Both the position numbers and the translations under genes were made by a program. This document shows positions 59,526 to 64,000 of a DNA stretch of 64,000 nucleotides, piece by piece; positions within the stretch are counted from its first letter, which is position 1; each line of letters opens with the position of its first letter. The notes beneath the pieces were generated by a model. That model searched no databases, was not told the DNA's origin, and was given only the letters and a program-made list of their open reading frames with translations. Origin of the DNA: an uncultured Clostridia bacterium. Lineage in GTDB: Bacteria; Bacillota; Clostridia; Oscillospirales; Acutalibacteraceae. The DNA is taken from contig CALCTT010000100.1 in assembly GCA_937906895.1 (NCBI GenBank), forward strand, positions 18,937 through 82,936. Direction: 5' to 3'.

Positions 59526-60440
59526 TTATTTGAACGATAATGTTGCTGTTAATGGGAAATGGTCACTTGTATAATCACCATCATAAGTATCTGTAATTAC
59601 GCTGTATGAATGAACATTAAAATGGTCTTTTGAAATCATAATATAGTCGATACAATTACGGTCAAGCTGTTCTCCCCAATCCTGATATGTACAGCTTGTC
59701 ATAGTGTTTTCTGTCTGATACTTAACATCAAGAAAGCTTTCAGTTGCACTTCTGTATGTATCACTGTCCTCTTCGGCATTAAGGTCACCCATTAAAACTG
59801 CAGGAATTGAACCGAATTCCTTGATTTTATCAAGAACAACATTGATGCCATTAATTCTTGCCTCATCACTTATGTGGTCAAGATGTGTATTAAATACAAC
59901 AAATTCATTTGCTGTAGCTTTATCTTCAAGCACAACATAACTGCAAATTCTGTAACAAGCTGCTCCCCAGTCTTTACTCATAACATCAGGAGTTTCTGAC
60001 AACCAGAATGAACCCTTATCAACAAGAGTGTATAAATCAGTTCTGTAAAAAACAGGACATCCTTCGGAATAAACAGGTATATCGTCACGATAAGTAATAA
60101 TAGAATCATAGTCAGGCATTGTTTCGCAAAGATAATCATACTGCCAGCTGTTCACTTCCTGAAAACCGATAATTGTAGGTGCTGCCTTTTCAATAGTATC
60201 AACTACAAGGTTAGCACGATAGAACCAGTTCTTATGACCTAAATCATCAGGAGCGTGACAACGAATATTGTAGCTCATTATTTTGATTTCATCTGTATTG
60301 AATATTGTGTCCATAAGAATTTCTCTTTGATTCTTTGAGTAGTGAGGATAATAAACCCAGATTACAGCAAACCACAAAAGAAGAAATGCAAGAAGTAATG
60401 AAACAAATGGTAATAAAACCTTTTTAGCAAACTTTTTCAT
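59526..60440 (-). CDS. membrane-anchored endonuclease/exonuclease/phosphatase (EEP) family protein
   Basis: N-terminal TM helix, IMSYNIR, GFQEV, NTHLDH, SDHFP EEP motifs. Confidence 0.8.
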   Translation of the reverse strand: MKKFAKKVLLPFVSLLLAFLLLWFAVIWVYYPHYSKNQREILMDTIFNTDEIKIMSYNIRCHAPDDLGHKNWFYRANLVVDTIEKAAPTIIGFQEVNSWQYDYLCETMPDYDSIITYRDDIPVYSEGCPVFYRTDLYTLVDKGSFWLSETPDVMSKDWGAACYRICSYVVLEDKATANEFVVFNTHLDHISDEARINGINVVLDKIKEFGSIPAVLMGDLNAEEDSDTYRSATESFLDVKYQTENTMTSCTYQDWGEQLDRNCIDYIMISKDHFNVHSYSVITDTYDGDYTSDHFPLTATLSFK

Positions 60441-60509
60441 AGAATATTCACCTCACAAATATAATATCATAAACGCTGTAAAAAAGTAAAGAAAATATAA
60501 AAATAAAAC

Positions 60510-60538
60510 TTGAAAAATATTGAATGATATGATATTAT
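60510..60538 (+). promoter_or_regulatory. sigma-A type promoter of tRNA-Pro
   Basis: TTGAAA (60510-15), 17 nt, TATTAT (60533-38) with TG at the extended -10 position. About 16 nt upstream of the tRNA 5' end. Confidence 0.6.
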
Positions 60539-60554
60539 ATCTATCACAATCCAT

Positions 60555-60630
60555 CGGGGTGTGGCGCAGCTGGGAGCGCGCTAGACTGGGGGTCTAGAGG
60601 CCGCAGGTTCAAGCCCTGTCACTCCGACCA
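60555..60630 (+). tRNA. tRNA-Pro (anticodon GGG), CCA encoded
   Basis: Hand-folded cloverleaf. Acceptor CGGGGTG/CACTCCG, D stem GCGC/GCGC, anticodon stem CTAGA/TCTAG with loop CTGGGGG, T stem GCAGG/CCTGT with TTCAAGC loop, then ACCA. Confidence 0.9.
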
Positions 60631-60633
60631 AAA

Positions 60634-60661
60634 AAGATGATTCTTCGGAATCATCTTTTTT
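60634..60661 (+). terminator. intrinsic terminator of tRNA-Pro
   Basis: AAGATGATTC-ttcg-GAATCATCTT followed by a T run. Confidence 0.85.
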
Positions 60662-60678
60662 ATTCAATCCAAAGGATT

Positions 60679-60805
60679 GATATGTAATCACCCGCAGGAT
60701 GTATGTAATTACTGTGAGTATATAACATCACCACGAGTATATTTACTTGGATTGATTACATACATTTTTCAAAATGATTTCATTCCGCTATGCTGATTAC
60801 ATACA
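60679..60805. repeat. array of four copies of a 12-mer (TGATTACATACA or its complement) in a two-forward, two-reverse arrangement
   Basis: GATATGTAATCA 60679-90. TGTATGTAATTA 60700-11. TGATTACATACA 60753-64 and 60794-805 (identical copies). Confidence 0.55.
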
Positions 60806-60889
60806 CGGCTTTGCCGTGATTTAAACCTTGAAATGAACCGATTTGCATTTTAACACATTAAAGTAATAAAAATTATTTTTGTTTTTATA

Positions 60890-60918
60890 TTGACATTTTG
60901 ATTTTATAGGAATATAAT
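60890..60918 (+). promoter_or_regulatory. consensus sigma-A promoter of the pheA-tyrA-DAHP synthase operon
   Basis: TTGACA (60890-95), exactly 17 nt, TATAAT (60913-18). Confidence 0.75.
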
Positions 60919-60949
60919 ATGTAAAAATTCAGTTTTGAAGGTAATCAAT

Positions 60950-61057
60950 ATGAACTTAGCTCTTTATAGTGCAAGTAAATATTTCTTTAGCTTTAGCGTA
61001 GCTTTTTATTTTGGCTATGCTTATTTTGCTGTGAAAAAGTTACTTGTGAGAGCCTAA
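60950..61057 (+). CDS. 35-codon Phe/Tyr-rich leader peptide (MNLALYSASKYFFSFSVAFYFGYAYFAVKKLLVRA)
   Basis: ATG with a GAAGG SD 8 nt upstream. Codons 11-26 contain 6 Phe and 4 Tyr. Located between the promoter and a terminator upstream of pheA. Below the 60-aa cut-off of the ORF track. Confidence 0.6.
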   Translation: MNLALYSASKYFFSFSVAFYFGYAYFAVKKLLVRA

Positions 61058-61093
61058 AACATTCTTTAAAACTTATAAATTTTGTTTTTAGAT

Positions 61094-61127
61094 ACCTCAC
61101 TTGTAACAAATGCAAGTGAGGTTTTTT
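61094..61127 (+). terminator. attenuator terminator in the pheA leader
   Basis: ACCTCACTTGTA (61094-105) / TGCAAGTGAGGT (61111-22) with one G-U pair, loop ACAAA, T6 at 61122-27. 20 nt upstream of the pheA ATG. Confidence 0.8.
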
Positions 61128-61147
61128 ATCTGAAAGGAAAGATATTT

Positions 61148-62236
61148 ATGGCAAACAAATTGGAAGAAGCAAGAAAAATTATAAATAAAGTCGATGCTCA
61201 AATGGCAGAGTTATTTGTTGAGAGAATGAAGGCTGCTGAAATGGTGTCTGAATATAAAAAGGAGTTTGGTCTTCCTATTTTAGATAAAGAGAGAGAAAAT
61301 GCAGTTGTTGAAAAAAATGCTTTTCTTATAAATGACGATGTTATTAAGGAGTATTACATTGATTATATTAAAAATCTTATGAGTATTTCCCGTTCATATC
61401 AATATCGTTTGCAAAACGGTCTTAAAGTGGCTTACAGCGGTGTTGAAGGTGCTTTTGCTCACATTGCATCAGGAAGAATTTTCCCTGATTGTAACAGAGT
61501 TTCATACAGAGATTTCAAATCGGCTTATGACTCCGTTGTCCGTGGTGAAAGTGATGTTGCAGTTATTCCTATTGAAAACAGCTATGCAGGTGAAGTAGGA
61601 CAGACAATTGACCTTATTTTCTCCGGAAGTCTTTATATCAATGGTATTTATGAGCTTGAAATTCATCAGAATCTTTTAGGTCTTCCTGATGCCACAATTG
61701 ATGATATTAAGAAGGTAACAAGTCATCCACAGGCTCTCAGTCAATGTCACGACTATATTAAACTTCGTGGATTTGATACCGAAGAATCAAACAATACTGC
61801 AGTTGCTGCAAAGGCTGTTGTTGATAAAAATGACAAAACTCTCGGTGCAATTGCAAGTGTAGAAACAGCTGAAATTTACGGATTAAAGGTTATAGAGGCA
61901 AACATCAATAAAAGCGGTGAAAATACAACTCGTTTTGCTGTACTTTCAAAAGTTAAGGCTGACTCAGCTTCCCTTTCTAATTCAGTTCTTATGTTTACTG
62001 TAAAAAATGAGGCAGGTTCTCTTGCAAATGCTATCAGTATTATCGGTAAATACGGATACAATATGACAGCACTCAGAAGCCGACCCTTGAAAAAACACTC
62101 CTGGCAGTATTATTTCTATATAGAAATTGACGGAAAAACCAATAACGAAAACGGACAAAAAATGATTGAAGATTTGAGTAAGATTTGCGATAAACTGAAA
62201 ATCGCAGGTACTTATGCTCCTCATAGTGAAATATAA
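61148..62236 (+). CDS. pheA: bifunctional chorismate mutase / prephenate dehydratase with ACT domain
   Basis: N-terminal CM helix pattern (LEEARKIINKVDAQMAELFVERM), PDT domain (VAYSGVEGAFAH, TRF), C-terminal ACT. The ATG at 61148 has a GAAAGGAAAG SD; the ORF-track start at 61082 would include the terminator. Confidence 0.88.
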   Translation: MANKLEEARKIINKVDAQMAELFVERMKAAEMVSEYKKEFGLPILDKERENAVVEKNAFLINDDVIKEYYIDYIKNLMSISRSYQYRLQNGLKVAYSGVEGAFAHIASGRIFPDCNRVSYRDFKSAYDSVVRGESDVAVIPIENSYAGEVGQTIDLIFSGSLYINGIYELEIHQNLLGLPDATIDDIKKVTSHPQALSQCHDYIKLRGFDTEESNNTAVAAKAVVDKNDKTLGAIASVETAEIYGLKVIEANINKSGENTTRFAVLSKVKADSASLSNSVLMFTVKNEAGSLANAISIIGKYGYNMTALRSRPLKKHSWQYYFYIEIDGKTNNENGQKMIEDLSKICDKLKIAGTYAPHSEI

Positions 62237-62253
62237 TCAGAGGCGAATACAAA

Positions 62254-63111
62254 ATGATAGTAGATGTTAGTAAAAAAATATGTATAGTGGGTCTTGGTCT
62301 TTTAGGCGGTAGTTATGCGAAAGCTTTGAAACGATTTGGTTTTCATATAAGTGCAATCACTAAAGAGCAAAGTTCTATCGACTATGCATTAAAAGAGAAG
62401 ATAATTGACGAAGGTTCAGCGGAAATTGATGAGAGAATTATCGGTGAAGCAGACATTGTGATTTTTGCACTTTATCCGCATATTTTTGTTGAATGGATTG
62501 AACAGAATCAAAAGCTACTCAAAAGTGGTGCACTGCTTACTGACGTAACAGGTGTTAAGTGCAGTATTGTTTATAAAATACAGGAAATGCTTCGTGATGA
62601 TGTTGAGTTTATTTCTGCTCATCCAATGGCAGGACGAGAGGTTTCAGGCGTTGAAAACAGTACAACTAAAATGTTTAATGGTGCTAACTATATTGTAACT
62701 CCAACAAACAAGAATACTCCCGAAGCAATAAGCACTTGTATGGAGCTTGGTAAACTGCTTGGATTTTCAAATGTTACTACTCTATCCCCTGAAGAACACG
62801 ATGAAATGATAGGCTTCCTGTCACAGCTTACTCACTGTATTGCAATCACTCTGATGACTTGTAATGACAAGGAGAATATGGAAAAGTTTACAGGTGACTC
62901 ATTCCGTGACCTTACAAGAATTGCCCGAATTAATGACCTTATGTGGAGTGAGTTATTTATTGAAAATAAAGATGTTCTCTTAAATCAGATGAAAAGTTTT
63001 ATTGATAAATTTAATGAGCTTAAAACAATGCTTGAAACAGAAGATGTTGACGGTATGAGAAAAATGATGCGTCATTCAACTGAACGAAGAGCATTATTTG
63101 ACAAAGAATAA
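62254..63111 (+). CDS. tyrA: prephenate dehydrogenase
   Basis: ICIVGLGLLGGSYA NAD motif, SAHPMAG catalytic motif. Confidence 0.88.
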   Translation: MIVDVSKKICIVGLGLLGGSYAKALKRFGFHISAITKEQSSIDYALKEKIIDEGSAEIDERIIGEADIVIFALYPHIFVEWIEQNQKLLKSGALLTDVTGVKCSIVYKIQEMLRDDVEFISAHPMAGREVSGVENSTTKMFNGANYIVTPTNKNTPEAISTCMELGKLLGFSNVTTLSPEEHDEMIGFLSQLTHCIAITLMTCNDKENMEKFTGDSFRDLTRIARINDLMWSELFIENKDVLLNQMKSFIDKFNELKTMLETEDVDGMRKMMRHSTERRALFDKE

Positions 63112-63128
63112 TTTTGGAGGAATTAAAA

Positions 63129-64000
63129 ATGAAACACAATATGGAATTCAAACGCAAATTACCAATACCAAAGGAAATTAAAGAACAATATCCTCTTACT
63201 CCTGAGCTTGAAGCAATCAAGGTAAAGAGAGATGAAGAAATAAAGAATATATTTGAAGGTAAAGACGACAGATTTGTTTTAGTTATCGGTCCTTGCTCTG
63301 CAGATAAAGACGACAGTGTAATTGATTACATTTATCGTTTAAGAACCGTTCAGGACAAGGTTTCTGACAAAATTATGATTATCCCAAGAATTTACACTAA
63401 CAAGCCGAGAACAACCGGTGACGGATACAAAGGTATGCTTCATCAGCCTGACCCTAACAAAGGCGAAGATATGTTAAAAGGCGTTGTTGCTATCAGAAAT
63501 CTTCATATTAGAGCAATTAAAGAAACAGGCTTTACATGTGCTGACGAAATGCTTTACCCTGAAAACTACAGATACCTTTCTGATATTTTAGCTTATGTTG
63601 CAATCGGTGCAAGGTCCGTTGAAAACCAGAAGCACAGACTTACTTCAAGTGGTCTTGACATTCCTGTTGGTATGAAAAATCCGACAGGCGGTGATATTTC
63701 AGTTATGATGAATTCAATCACTGCTGCTCAACATCCACACACATTTATTTACAGAGGTTGGGAAGTTGAAAGCAAGGGAAATCCTCTTGCTCATGCAATT
63801 TTAAGAGGTTATGTCAATAAGCACGGACAGTCATTGCCTAACTACCACTATGAAGACCTTATTCATCTTGCTGAAACTTATGCAAAAACTAATTTAAGCA
63901 ATCCTGCTGTTATCATTGATACAAACCACGCTAACTCAGGAAAACAGTGGATGGAACAGCCAAGAATTGCAAAGGAAGTACTTCACAGCTGTCGTCATTC
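63129..64000 (+). CDS. 3-deoxy-7-phosphoheptulonate (DAHP) synthase, class I; 3' end outside window
   Basis: My own translation from the ATG at 63129 (GGAGG SD): ...LVIGPCSADK, KPRTTGDGYKG, GARSVENQ, GMKNPTGG motifs. Frame open to the window end, so absent from the ORF track. Confidence 0.85.
   Translation, partial: MKHNMEFKRKLPIPKEIKEQYPLTPELEAIKVKRDEEIKNIFEGKDDRFVLVIGPCSADKDDSVIDYIYRLRTVQDKVSDKIMIIPRIYTNKPRTTGDGYKGMLHQPDPNKGEDMLKGVVAIRNLHIRAIKETGFTCADEMLYPENYRYLSDILAYVAIGARSVENQKHRLTSSGLDIPVGMKNPTGGDISVMMNSITAAQHPHTFIYRGWEVESKGNPLAHAILRGYVNKHGQSLPNYHYEDLIHLAETYAKTNLSNPAVIIDTNHANSGKQWMEQPRIAKEVLHSCRH

Noticed and set aside
60441-60900. Integrated mobile element or prophage boundary at tRNA-Pro
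   Set aside because: No integrase, transposase or phage genes lie within reach on either side, and I could find no duplicated copy of the tRNA 3' end. Only the 12-mer array remains, and it is reported separately as a finding.
60919-61147. T-box riboswitch as the explanation for the pheA leader
   Set aside because: There is no AANNNGGGTGGNACCGCG-like T-box sequence, no AGAGA/GNUGGA-type stem I elements and no specifier-loop architecture. The leader is also too short and AT-rich, and is better explained by the small F/Y-rich ORF.
1-64000. CRISPR arrays, rRNA genes, IS elements, toxin-antitoxin pairs
   Set aside because: No regularly spaced direct repeats, rRNA-like sequence, transposase ORFs or small adjacent ORF pairs were seen on either strand.

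Overview
AT-rich (roughly 35-40% GC by eye) chromosomal segment of a spore-forming, dockerin-bearing Clostridia organism, probably Ruminococcaceae-like (inference from SpoIVB, CotJABC and a type-I dockerin protein). All product calls come from reading the translated ORFs against remembered family motifs; no database search was possible. Most of the window is core metabolism and housekeeping. This covers asnB (partial), ldh, spoIVB, aroK-pfkA-dnaE, lysA, ysxC, lon, serC-serA, typA, an mreB-like gene, a rodA-like gene, pcrA, cotJABC, a deoC-deoB-cdd-pdp nucleoside catabolism cluster and bioY-birA. It also covers a long minus-strand maltodextrin locus (ABC transporter, malQ, glgP), xpt plus a BMP-family nucleoside ABC importer, a MATE pump, an ABC-F protein, one tRNA-Pro(GGG), and a pheA-tyrA-DAHP synthase operon that runs off the 3' end. 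The accessory-looking content is a LytTR two-component system with an extra truncated kinase paralog, a two-subunit aconitase-X operon, a non-catalytic LRR/Cys-repeat/dockerin protein, and three repeat-rich or hairpin-rich intergenic islands, two of them notably GC-rich. The most interesting signal is an unannotated 35-codon leader ORF (60950-61057). Ten of its 16 central codons are Phe or Tyr. It sits between a consensus promoter and an intrinsic terminator just upstream of pheA, and its last codons can pair with the terminator's 5' arm. This is the architecture of a classical ribosome-mediated attenuator, which is unusual for Firmicutes, where T-box or TRAP control is the norm. No CRISPR array, IS element, integrase or prophage genes were seen.
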